Shown here piece by piece: positions 13,642-24,958 of a stretch of DNA of 64,000 nucleotides (position 1 is the stretch's first letter; each line of letters starts with the position of its first letter). A model generated the notes under the pieces. The model made no database searches. It worked only from the letters and a program-made list of their open reading frames with translations, and was not told the DNA's origin. The translations under genes and the position numbers were made by a program. The stretch is from Octopus sinensis (Eukaryota). Where the stretch lies: the NCBI RefSeq assembly GCF_006345805.1, contig NC_043007.1, positions 21,576,001 to 21,640,000 on the forward strand, read 5' to 3'.

Positions 13642-13971
13642 AATTTTCATACTTAGATATGTTCCAGCAGAATTGGCTAAGGCCATGTCTAATTTAATAG
13701 CATGACCTGGAAAAAGACATTTAATGATGTTTTGTATTAGTCATTATTTGGGCTCTGTAGCCCATTCGAGTAAAGAATATATATATATATATATATGACG
13801 GGCTTCTTTCAGTTTCTGTCTACCAAATCCACTCACAAGGTTTTGGTCGGCCCGAGGCTATAGTAGAAGACACTTGCTCAAGGTGCCACGCAGTGGGACT
13901 GAACCCAGAACCATGTGGCTGGTAAGCATGCTACTTGCTACACAGCCATGTCTGTGCCTATATATATATGA

Positions 13972-14270
13972 AAGTGCATGGCTTAGTGGTTAGGGTGTTG
14001 CACTCACAATTGCGAGATCGTGGTTTCAATTCCCAGACTGGGCGTTGTGCTGTGTTCTTGAGCAAAGCACTTCGTTTCACATTGCTCTGCGATCATTTCA
14101 TCATCTGACATGTGGCACACAGTGCACCTGTACAGGTGATGTCGATTTGATGGAGGGAGTGAGCTTATGTGAACAGAAACATTTGAACACTATAAACACA
14201 TCATCTGTGTGGTTGTTTGGTAAGAAATTGCCGAACACTCATACATTGTCTAATGACAGGAGAGTCCATG
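13972..14270 (+). mobile_element. H-related tRNA/CORE-like SINE
   Basis: GGCTTAGTGGTTAGGG head; body shared with about 62115-62380. Confidence 0.75.
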
Positions 14271-15019
14271 ACATATATATACATACATACGTACACATAT
14301 ATATATCATCATCGTTTAACGTCTGTTTTCCATGATAGCATGGGTTGGACGGTTCGACCGGGATCTGGGAAGCCAGAAGGCTGCACCAGGCTCCAGTCTG
14401 ATCTGGCAGTGTTTCTACAGCTGGATGCCCTTCCTAATGCCAACCACTCTGTGAGTGTAGTGGGTGCTTTTTACGTGTGGTGCACCTGAGCACTGTATAC
14501 AATAAGTTCATTATTATTATTTTATTTATATATATATATATATTTGTGTGTGTGTGTTTGTCTGACTGTATGCGCACACATACATACACCTTTGTATGTG
14601 AGTGGTGATTACTTCGTTCCATTACCTGAACAACCACATACCACATGCAGGTGAGAAGAAACTCAGAGGTGCAGAGAAGTCGGTCATCATCACCTTGATT
14701 GACTAATATAAATAAAACCTATTACACGTACCGAGTTACTCTTTCATCAAATTTCTGTGTGCGTATGTGTGTATGTGCACACGCATTATTTAGTGTAAAA
14801 CCTGGCGGGGGGTGGGTGGAAAAAAGAACACCGTGCATATAATACCTGTGTGTATAAAGACATACATATGCATGTTAAATTATTGTTTGTGTTTTTTTTT
14901 CTTCCGTCTCCACCCCCACCACCCCATGACCTTTTGGCTTTAAAACAAGGTTCAGACTGCTTGCGGACTGCATTATTATCAGGTTCACCATAACAAGCAT
15001 TGATTGTTCTTAATGGCAA

Positions 15020-15203
15020 TCAATACAGCAGATAGGAACGGGGTGTGGTCGGTCGGTTGTTGCGCTTTCACTTAGCTTCTCTCCACCTAACGTTGTTGTT
15101 GCTGTTGCTGTTACGAACGACCGACTTATCACCGAATATCATCCGTGGTGGAAGTTAATGTTGTTTTTTAACTAAGTAGTGTTATGCGTGCGGATCTGTA
15201 AGT
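15020..15203 (+). promoter_or_regulatory. Candidate CpG-rich promoter or first exon ending at a GTAAGT donor
   Basis: About a dozen CpGs in 180 nt of unique sequence; GGATCT|GTAAGT at 15198. Confidence 0.35.
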
Positions 15204-15249
15204 GTATTTCTGTTTTAGGTGTGTGTGTGGTGAGGTGTGTACACATTAA

Positions 15250-15408
15250 TATATAAAACTAGGTGAATGTGTGTATGTGTATGCATATATATATATATAC
15301 GTAAATAAATATATGTATATATATATATATACATACATATATATATACGTAAATATATATATATATATATATACACATATGTGTATATTATATATATACA
15401 TATACATG

Positions 15409-15471
<63 letters not shown>

Positions 15472-15475
15472 ACAT

Positions 15476-15540
<65 letters not shown>

Positions 15541-15542
15541 AC

Positions 15543-15582
<40 letters not shown>
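15250..15582. repeat. (TA)n/(TACA)n compound microsatellite
   Basis: Directly visible. Confidence 0.95.
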
Positions 15583-15584
<2 letters not shown>

Positions 15585-15681
15585 CGGGAAGCTTTATGAA
15601 AATAAACAAAAGACGAAGGCAGGTGGAAAACAAACGAACAATTGTATTAGTATGGCGCTCAGGAAATATAAATAAAACAAG

Positions 15682-15719
15682 TCTTTAACGTTTCGAGCCT
15701 ACGCTCTTCAACAGAAAGA
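15682..15719 (-). ncRNA. Variant minimal hammerhead motif (core A6 changed to U) in a Penelope-like remnant
   Basis: Minus strand TCTTT-CTGTTGA-A-GAGC-GTAG-GCTC-GAAA-CGT-T-AAAGA: 5-bp helix I, 4-bp helix II, palindromic ACGT helix III. Confidence 0.5.
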
Positions 15720-15932
15720 TACACAGAGAGAGAAAAACACAGAAAGAAGGAGAGAAAAAAAATGCGTGCAGTAGCTAACGAATCAACATATATATACACA
15801 CACACACATATATATGTACTTACATACATACCACATGGGTGTGAATAGACAGATAAATACATGTACATTTGTGTGTCTGAGAGAGAGATTATAAAAAGAG
15901 AAAAAAACAAGGTGCGTTATGAATATAAATAA

Positions 15933-15977
<45 letters not shown>

Positions 15978-16041
15978 CACACACACACAGACAAAGGGAG
16001 GACAAGATGTGTGTGTGTGTCAGTATAGATAAATATTTCAG

Positions 16042-16268
16042 AGCTGGTTTGGTTATGAGATGTAGATGGATGCTGTCAGCTCCATAAAGAAGTGCTGATC
16101 TCTCAAAGTGGATGGTACTCGTGGAAGATGGAGTCCCAGGAAGACATGGGACAAAGTGTTGGAGGGCAACTTCAGCATGCTGACCCTTTCGGGTCAGATG
16201 CCAAAGGACCAAGATACCTGGTGCCTTGCTGTACTCAAGAAGACCTGTCCTCCACGGCAGAAGGTGTA
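16042..16268 (+). pseudogene. Decayed RTE-clade LINE ORF2 C-terminus
   Basis: Translates SWFGYEM*MD...GTRGRWSPRKTWDKVLEG...DQDTWC, matching the RTE pattern LRWFGHVxRM...RGRPRKTW; in-frame stops. Confidence 0.75.
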
Positions 16269-16507
16269 AAGACTACATCCACTGGTAAAGAGGATTGGCC
16301 AGCAAGAACCTTGTGCCAGTGCCATGCTAAGATCACTCATCCATACTCTGTAAAGTGGTTGGCATTAGGAAAGGCATCCGAATTTAGAATCCAAGCCAAA
16401 TCAGACTGGAATGTGGTGCAGATTCACAGCTTGCCAGCCCTGGTTAAACCACCCAAGCCATGCCAACATGGAAAACAGATATTAAAACTTTGTATATATA
16501 TATATAT

Positions 16508-17085
16508 AGGTGCAGGAATGGCTGTGTGGTAAGTAGCTTGCTTACCGACCACATGGTTCTGGGTTCAGCCCCACTGCATGGCACCTTGGGCAAGTGTCTT
16601 CTACTATAGCTGACCAAAGCATTGGGAGTGGATTTGTTACACAGAAACTGAAAGAAGCTCATCATGTGTATATACACACCAATGTTGGTGTGTTTACGTC
16701 CCCATAACTTAGCGGTTCGGCAAAAGACACCGCTAGAATAAGTGCTAGGCTTACAAAGAATAAGTCCTGGTGTCGATTTGCTTGACTAAAGGCGGTGCTC
16801 CAGCATGGCCTCAGTCACATGACTGAAACAAGTAAAGGAGTAAAAAATTAGTTTATGTTTGTGTGTGCCTGTGTTTGTCACTCTCCTCTCCCTCCGCCAT
16901 CGGTTCACAACTGATGTTGGTGTGTTTACATCCCTGTAACTTAGCGGTTCGGCAAAAGCAACAGATAGAATAATTACTAGGCTTACAAAGAGTAAAGTCC
17001 TGGGGCGGTCGATTTGTTCGACTAAAGGCGGTGCTCCAGCATGGCCGCAGTCAAAATTACTGAAACAAATAAAAGAGCAAAAGAG
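16508..17085 (+). mobile_element. Family-A SINE with tandem extra right half
   Basis: Full A copy to about 16850, then a second right half at 16860-17085. Confidence 0.85.
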
Positions 17086-17228
17086 TATATATCAAATGTC
17101 TAACACAGCGGAGTGAAACAGAAATTCATTGGCATAAGGTGGTTTTGAACCACTGGTCTTTATACTCACTGGGCCCTGCCCCTACACCCAATCTCTCCCC
17201 ATCACTCATTTTCCTTGTACCTCTCCCT

Positions 17229-17605
17229 TCACTCTTTTATTAAGTTTAGGCGCAGGAGTTGCTGTGTGGTACATAGCTTGCTTACCAACCACATGGTTCC
17301 AGGTTCAGTCCCAATGCGTCGCACCTTGGGCAAGTGTCTTCTAATATAGCCTTTGGCCGACCAAAGCCTTGTGAGTGGATTTGGTAGACGGAAACTGAAA
17401 GAAGCCCATCGTATATATGTATATAAATTTATGTGTGTGTGTATATGTTTGTGTGTCTGTTTGTTCCCCCAACATCACTTGACAGCCGATGTTGGTGTGT
17501 TTACGAACTTAGCGGTTCGGCAAAGGAGACCAATGGAATGGGTACAGGGCATACAAAGAGTTGCTCAACTAAAGGCAGTGCTCCAGCATGGCCACAGTCA
17601 AATGT
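17229..17605 (+). mobile_element. Family-A SINE
   Basis: Aligns to consensus. Confidence 0.85.
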
Positions 17606-18309
17606 GCATATTTCGTTTCCCCCCTCCCTCTTTGTATTACTATTTACTTCACCCTCTCTCTCTGGATATACCATCCCTTCCCTGCTCTATGTTCTATCAG
17701 TCACTTCTCTCTGACCTCCACTTATCTCTCTCCTCTCTCCCTTCCTCTCCTATGAGCCACATCTTAGGACTAACATACCTCTAGCTTTAACACCCTCTCT
17801 TATCTCAGGTCAATGGTTTCACTCCACCTTTGACCCTGCCCACCACTAACTATAGCTGCCAGTACATATGTCTTACTTCTCTCTCACTCTCCCTCTCTCT
17901 CTCCGCCTCTCTCTAACCCCTCCTACCCCATGTATCAACTCCTTGTCCTCTACTCTGTCTACAAATTTATTATACAGCTGCTTTCCACCCTTCCTGTACT
18001 GTCACTTATCACCTCCTCTTTTCCTGAGCCACTCCCATTTATTTCAACCCACTCCATACTGATATTACCATCAACAGCACTTCCACCTTTGTACATCCTT
18101 CACTACATTTACCTCCACCCCCATTTCTATCCCTCGCCCTCCTCTCACACTAACGAACTTACCCACCCTCTCTTCTGTATTCTCTTTCACACTCACCTCC
18201 TTGGATCTTGAGAGTATGCTCTGACACCTCTTCACCACCATCATTGTCTACTTTCCAGTTACTCCCACCCGTCCTTATATAATTCCATCATCAACCAGGA
18301 GAATTCATC

Positions 18310-18590
18310 TATGAAGCAATTGCCCCAGCTCCCCTTCAGGGTTGGCGAAAGCGATGTGGTGGACAACGAAAAACCTGGCTGATGACAGTCAAGGCTGATC
18401 TGGAACCCAACCTAGGCACCCATGTCTACGGCATTCACCGCTGGAATAGGGATCAGTTGGAGATCACGCGGTCGTTAGCCTCAGATTGCCAGGTCTGGTC
18501 GGCGTTTGTGAGAGATGCAGCATTGAGGATGGATGAAGCCAGCTCAACCCACCCTGGGTGAATGCTGTCTCAAGAAAAGAAGAGAAGATC
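18310..18590 (+). pseudogene. RTE-type LINE 3-prime fragment
   Basis: Frame reads APAPLQGWRKRCGGQRKTWLMTVKADLEP...LASDCQVWSAFVRDA..., stop at 18559, short AAGA-type tail. Confidence 0.7.
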
Positions 18591-18599
18591 CTTATATAA

Positions 18600-19210
18600 T
18601 ACAAGGCAAAATAGTAAAGACCCCTTCGGTCAAGAATGACCATGGGATTACACCTAGATGACCATGGGATTGCACCTAGAAAGTTCCCCTCTGAGGCGCA
18701 AGTCCAGGCAAATTTGTTTATGGAAGACCAGCAGTCACCTATACATACCAGCCTTCCCTCTCTGTGCCACCGATATTATCCAACGAGCTGGCAGAAACAT
18801 TAAAACGCCGGGCGAAATGCGTATCCGTACTTCATCTGCCGTTATGTTCTGAGTTCAAATTCTGCCGAGGTCAACTTTGCTTTTCATCCTTTTGGGGTCG
18901 ATAAATTAAGTACCAGTTACGCACTGGGGTCGATGTAATCAACTTAATCCCTTTGTCTGTCCTTGTTTGTCCCCTCTATGTTTAGCCCCTTGTGGGTAAT
19001 AAAGAAACAGATATTATCCAAGAGAAAGACAAAGACTGATACAGCTTGGCACCAATGATGTCGCAACTCATTTCTACAGCTGAGTGAACTGGAGCAACAT
19101 AAAATAAAGTGTCTTGCCCAAGAACACAACACACAGCCCAGTCCAGGAATCGAACTCACTACCTCATGATTGTGAGCCCAACGCTCTAACCACTGAGCCA
19201 TGTGCCTTCA
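18600..19210 (-). mobile_element. Family-H SINE interrupted by a + strand family-B copy (18785-19005)
   Basis: Both flanks match the reverse complement of 28812-29135. Confidence 0.85.
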
Positions 19211-19802
19211 CAAGGCAGCCAAGTATTTTCTCTAAAGCAAAACACTTGTACCTGTCCCTTTGTCACACTTTAGCCTTTCAACATCTGGCATCTTCTTTGT
19301 CATAGTAACCTCATTGATGCTGGTGCTACATTACAAGTGCCCAGTACATTCTGTAAAGTGGTTGGCATTAGGAAGGACATCCAGCCATAGAAACTATATC
19401 ACAGAAGACACTGGACTTGGTGCAGTCCTCTGGTTCTTTGGATCCTGTTAAACTGTCCAAACCATACTAGCATGGAAAACAGATGTTAAAGGATGGTGAT
19501 GATGATGATGATGATGTGTGTGGAAGGAATTTGTGTTGTTTAGATCCAAGTAATTCATGATCAAATATGTTTGTCATGAACCTCTCCTCTCCTCTTTTAT
19601 TGAGACATAGTGTATCTAGGAAGACATTATCTAATGTACGCCATCTTTATTATAAGACAGTATGGTGTAATTTGAGTAAGATTTGGCTGCTATTTCTAAT
19701 TGGTGAAACAATCATATAGAGCAGGCATAGGCAACTTTTTTGAGAAGTGGGCCACATGAGTCATTGCTCAACATCATGTGGGGCCGCATTACTGAAAAGA
19801 AA

Positions 19803-20203
19803 GGCGAGCTGGCAGAAACGTTATCACGCCGGGCAAAATGCGTAGCCGTATTTCGTCTGCCATTACATTCTGCGTTCAAATTCCGCCAAGGTCGACTTTG
19901 CCTTTCATACTTTCAGAGTTGATAAATTAAGTACCAGTTACGCACTGGGGTCGATGTAATCGACTTAATCTGTTTGTCTGTCCTTGTTTGTCCTCTCTGT
20001 GTTTAACCCCTTGTGGGTAGTAACGAAATAGGTATTTTGTTTGCCGTTATGTTCTGAGTTCAAATTCCGATGAGGTAGACTTTGCCTTTCATCCTTTTGG
20101 AGTCGATAAATTAAGTACCAGTTACGCACTGGGGTCGATGTAATCGACTTAATCTGTTTGTTTGTCCTCTCTATGTTTAGCCCTTCGTGGGTAGTAAAGA
20201 AAT
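19803..20203 (+). mobile_element. Family-B dimer
   Basis: Full copy followed by a second copy starting at internal GGTATTT. Confidence 0.9.
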
Positions 20204-20977
20204 AAGTAATATTTTTGTTGCATTGTGTGGGTTGCAGTTTGCCCCATGATTGATATTAGAGAGAAAATCCCTCGTTTGTTGGATCAATTAACATTAATTA
20301 GCATATGTTGTTGAATTAAAATTCCTTTGTGATCCATGTCAGTATGTCAGAACGTCTGTAAATCCTATCTCATGACTTTTAAAACTCTACAATATCAATC
20401 GGCGCGGTCCTTCCGTAGATGAGATAAGGATCTCATTAAACATCCTGATGCAGATCAATAACCTAATTTCAATAAAAAGTGGGGGGAAAAAAGCAAAAAA
20501 AAAAAAAAAAAGCAAAATAACCAACAAAACACCTGTAAATATGTCATTGTTTTAATCAATACACAGGAAATTCTCATTAAGCTCCATTAACCTGCTGTTT
20601 GTTTCAGGCGTGCTTTCTGTTATTGTGTATCTTACGCTGGTTAAACGTACAGCTATGTTTGAATTTGTAGAAGATTAACTGTCGCTCCAGTACATCTCTA
20701 AACATCTCGGTTGTTATTTCGAAGCCACCTCCACTTCCCCCATCTCCTCGTGTTTGTGTGTAACTGATAAAATTGTATTTGTTCTGCAAAAATTCTTGAT
20801 GTGAAGTTGTGTGTTGAAACAGATATTGTTATTATATATGGGGATGGTCACTTTCCTCTCTTTCTTTTTTTTTTTTTCGTTTTTGCCAGTAAATGCAAAC
20901 AGTGAAAATCAAATAGTTTGTTGGCCAAAAAAAACAAAAGGAAAATTAGAAAATAGTAATTGATACAGGTGTGGCTG

Positions 20978-21095
20978 TTCTATATTTAAGAGATAAGGAA
21001 TTATGTACATTATTTACAATTGATGGATATTTGTCCTCATCTTGTTTGTTGTTAACACATTTCGGCTGATATACTACCCTCTGGCCTTCATCAGG
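20978..21095 (-). mobile_element. Penelope-like terminal-repeat remnant with hammerhead core
   Basis: Same family as 21485-21670 and 49185-49373; minus strand CTGATGAAGGC...GCCGAAA. Confidence 0.55.
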
Positions 21096-21355
21096 TGTGC
21101 CATTTGTGCAGGTAGCACATAAAAAGCACCATTTGAGCGTGGCCGTTGCCAGTACCGCCTGACTGGCCATCGTGCCAGTGACACATAAAAACACCCACTA
21201 CACTCTCAGAGTGGTTGGTGTTAGGAAGGGCATCCAGCTGTAGAAACTCTGCCAGATCAGATTGGAGTCTGGCGCAGCCATCTGGTTCGCCAGTCCTCAG
21301 TCAAATTGTCCAACCCATGCTAGCTTGGAAAGCGGACGTTAAACAATGATGATGT
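21095..21355 (+). mobile_element. Family-C element
   Basis: Core plus GCGGACGTTAAAC(GAT)n-type tail. Confidence 0.85.
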
Positions 21356-21484
21356 GGTATTAGCTTTGAGTCTCTACATCTACACAGGAAAGTTAGATGG
21401 TTTGAAAGACGAGCTAGTTTTTGATGGAGTTTTTCTATATGTCTCCATTGAAGTCTAATGCCGGCTCTATACCAATTAGATACT

Positions 21485-21670
21485 ACAGTTCTATATTTAA
21501 GAGATGAGGAATTATGTACATTATTTACAATTGATGGATATTTGTCCTCATCTTGTTTGTTGTTAACACGTTTCAGCTGATATACCTGATGAAGGCTGGA
21601 GGGCACATCAGCCGAAACACTGTGTTAACAACAAACAAGATGATGACAAATATCCGTCAATTGTAAATAA
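21485..21670. mobile_element. Penelope-like remnant in inverted (hairpin) arrangement
   Basis: Arms starting 21521 and ending 21670 are reverse complements; CTGATGA..GAAA at 21586-21617. Confidence 0.6.
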
Positions 21671-22085
21671 GGTGTGGCTGTGTGGTAAGAAGCTTGCTTC
21701 TCAACCACATGATTCCAGGTTCAGTCCCACTGCATGGCACCTTGGGCAAGTGTCTTCTACTATAGCCTCGAGCTGACCAAAGCCTTGTGGATGGATTTGG
21801 TAGACGGAAACTGAAAGAAACCTGTTATATATTTACATATATATGTATGTATGTATTTGTGTATCTTTGTGTCTGTGTTTGTCCCCACGTCATCATTGTC
21901 AACCAATGTTGGTGTGTTTACATCCCCGTAACTTAGCAGTTCAGCAAAAAAGACCAACAGAATAAGTACTAGGCTTTAATAAAAAAGTAAGATCTGGGGT
22001 CGATTTGTTCAACTAAATCCCTTCAAGGCGATGCTCCAGCATGGCCACAGTCAAATGACTAAAGCAAGTAAAAAAAATAAAAGAA
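21671..22085 (+). mobile_element. Family-A SINE
   Basis: Aligns to consensus. Confidence 0.85.
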
Positions 22086-22168
22086 TCCCCAAATAAATTG
22101 TAGTTTTGAGCCATCTTTACTACGTTAAAAGACTATCGTTGCTGAAAGTAAATGAGATTGTACTAAAC

Positions 22169-22505
22169 AGGAGTGGCTGCGTGGCACATTGACCAAGTGT
22201 CTTCTACTATAGCCTCAGGCCGACCGAAGCCTTGTGAGTGGATTTGGTAGATGGAAATTGAAAGAAGCCCATCGTATATATGTATGTATGTATGTGTATG
22301 TGTGTTTATGTGTCTATGTTTGTCCCCCCCAACATCGCTTGACAACCGATGGTGGTGTGTTTACATCCCCTTTACTTAGCGGTTCAGCAAAAGAGACCAA
22401 TAGAATAAGTACTAGGCTTAGTAAGTCCTGGGGTCGATGTGCTCGACTAAAAGGCGGTGCTCCAGCATGGCCACAGTCAAATGACTGAAACAAGTAAAAG
22501 AGTAA
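22169..22505 (+). mobile_element. Family-A SINE with head deletion
   Basis: Aligns to consensus, lacking part of the tRNA-like head. Confidence 0.85.
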
Positions 22506-22843
22506 GCACTTTTCAAAAACAAAATGTCTAAAATCTATTTCCTTTTGTTATTGTGTTTAGTTTGCAAGATTCTTGATGTGAACTTGTATTGAAACAGGTT
22601 TTTTTTTTTTGATGCCTCAGAAGAGTCATAATGCTATTATTAATAAACACACGAACTGGTTCTGTTTTACTTCGTTAACATTTATCAAATTAACTAATCG
22701 GTTGTTTGATTAATTATTCAGTCAGTCAGTCAATCAGCAACGTCCTTTTGTTGCTGTTTGTGACTTCATCAATGATAGGCCCTCTCTCTCTTCCAGCCCT
22801 GTTTCAGGTCATTGAAGCTGTCACAAATGATGACAAAAGGACT

Positions 22844-23054
22844 TTAACCCTTTAGTGTTCAGATTATTCTATCAAACATAATGCTTATTGATTCACATTG
22901 ATTTGAATTAATTCTACATTATCCCATATCTTCAAGATCTTGATGGTGTAATTACTTAATGTAGAATAACATTGTAGGGTAGATGTGAGAGCCTGGATTT
23001 AGTCATTTTAAATATTTTGGCTGGATATGGCCGGTTTAAATACTAAAGGGTTAA
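22844..23054. mobile_element. piggyBac-like MITE, family E
   Basis: TTAA-CCCTTTAG...CTAAAGGG-TTAA; fragments also near 30267, 46910-47010 and 62406. Confidence 0.8.
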
Positions 23055-23135
23055 ACAAATCTAGCTGGTTGATTGATTGATTGATTGATTGATAAAATGG
23101 TTAATCAATTAGTTAATTCATTAAATGTTAACATA

Positions 23136-23430
23136 GGCGCAGGAGTGGGCTGTGTGGTAAGTAGCTTGCTTACCAACCACATGGTTCCGGGTTCATTCCT
23201 ACTGCACATTGGGCAAATGTCTTCTACTATAGCCTCAGATTTGGTAGACAGAAACTGAAAGAAGCCTGTCATATTTGTGTATATATATATATATATATAT
23301 GTGTGTATGTGTGTCTATGTTTGTTCCCCCAACATCACTTGGCAACCGATGCTGGTGTGTTTACGTCCCCATAACTTAGCGATTAGGCTAAAGAGCCCGA
23401 TAGAATAAGTACTAGGCTTACAAAGAATAA
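23136..23430 (+). mobile_element. Family-A SINE (3-prime truncated)
   Basis: Aligns to consensus. Confidence 0.85.
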
Positions 23431-23925
23431 GCCCTGTTTACAAGAGAGACCTCTTGTGGCTATGTGTATCTAATCCCTTGTGAGGTCTTGAATGAAATCA
23501 GCACTACAAACTTAAAAAACTCTTTGTAGTCTGTAACTGCACTTTACACAGCTTATAACAATTGATTGTACCCAGCACATTGTACCAAACCAGACAGAGC
23601 CTGCACGGCTTAAATGTCTTGGATATTGATGCAGTACAAGCTATCAAATCTTCATCTAGTGGTCTGTTGGTCAGTCAACTTAGTTACCTGTGACTCTCTC
23701 TGAATAGTTTTATAACCAGCTTCTCATATTAACTTAACCCAAGACCATTTCACTTAACAAGGGAACATTTTTCATATCTGTAAGCATCTACCCCTTCAGT
23801 TCTTGTGTGGCTTACATAGAACAGAAGAGAGTTCAGTCAGCAGTGCTTTCATTTATACAGATATGTTTTATTTGAATGGGTTTACACAACCTACATAATT
23901 GGACTTTTCTGAGACTGTTTTTTTT

Positions 23926-23963
23926 CCTTCTGAAGATGGGCCTTTGCGCCTGAAATATAAAGG
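23926..23963 (+). ncRNA. Minimal type-I hammerhead ribozyme motif (Penelope-type, predicted dimeric)
   Basis: CCTT-CTGAAGA-T-GGGC-CTTTGC-GCCT-GAAA-TAT-A-AAGG: 4-bp helix I, intact core, 4-bp helix II with G.U closing pair, palindromic ATAT helix III, AUA cleavage triplet. Confidence 0.6.
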
Positions 23964-24139
23964 TTTTATTAAACTTTCCATATTGTCAGAAGCTTTCTAT
24001 TACTTTTTTTTTACATTCTACATTATTACAATGCTTCAAGCGAATTACAATGTTTTGGAAAAACTTGTGACCAAGGAGAAAATAATTTTTTTGAACTCTT
24101 TAACATTTTTGTTACCATATTTCTGTTGAAAGACTAGCT

Positions 24140-24450
24140 TTTCATCATCATCATCATCGTTTAACATCCGTTTTCCATGCTAGCATAGGTTGGACGGTTT
24201 GACTGGGATCTGGGAAGCCAGAAGGCTGCACCAGGCTCCAGTCTGATCTGGCAGTGTTTCTACAGCTGGATGCCCTTCCTAACGCCAACCCACTCCATGA
24301 GTGTAGTGGGTGCTTTTTACGTGCCACCGGCACAGGGGCCAGATGAGGCTGGCAACGTCCCCGATCGGTTGGTGCTCTTTATGTGCCACCGACACGGACG
24401 CTAGTCAAGGTGGCGCTGACATTGGCCACGTTTGGGTGGTGTTTTTTATT
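24140..24450 (-). mobile_element. Family-C element
   Basis: (CAT)n, core and about two internal units. Confidence 0.85.
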
Positions 24451-24624
24451 AATTCTGAAACTAATGATGGAGTTATTTAAATAATTCAGTTGTTATTAAG
24501 CTGGTGTTTGAATCATAAATTGACATGGTATCTTGATGGAGAGTTTTATTTCAGATTACTTTAAACCAGGAAGTTAGTGCCATAGAACCAGGTGTCATAA
24601 GGGTTACTTACATCAAATTTTTCT

Positions 24625-24852
24625 TTAACCCTTTCGTTACTGTATTTATTTTGAGATGCTCTGAGTTTCTTTCAATTACTTTAAATATAACAAAGAATTT
24701 AGTAAAATAACTTGGTTATCATTCAGCTAGTGTTAGGAACATAAATTGTGACTAAGGTTTGGTGGAAGATTTTTATTCAAAACTTATGAAAACAAGACAT
24801 TTGCACTCAGAGCTTGATCCAGTTTCAGCCAGGTTGGTAACGAAAGGGTTAA
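24625..24852. mobile_element. piggyBac-like MITE, family D
   Basis: TTAA-CCCTTTCGTTAC...GTAACGAAAGGG-TTAA, about 228 bp; about 105 nt upstream of the exon acceptor. Confidence 0.9.
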
Positions 24853-24958
24853 ATATTGTTAAAATTAAAACCTAATTTCTGATCTTGCTTAATATTTAAA
24901 ACTTAATTCCTAATTCTGTACTAATTAAAAAAATTTCTCTCTTTTCTTGTCTTTGCAG

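Noticed and set aside
17620-18295. Pyrimidine-rich stretch with several ORFs
   Set aside because: Low-complexity, L/S/P-biased translations with no recognisable motif; possibly an old LINE, but unsupported.
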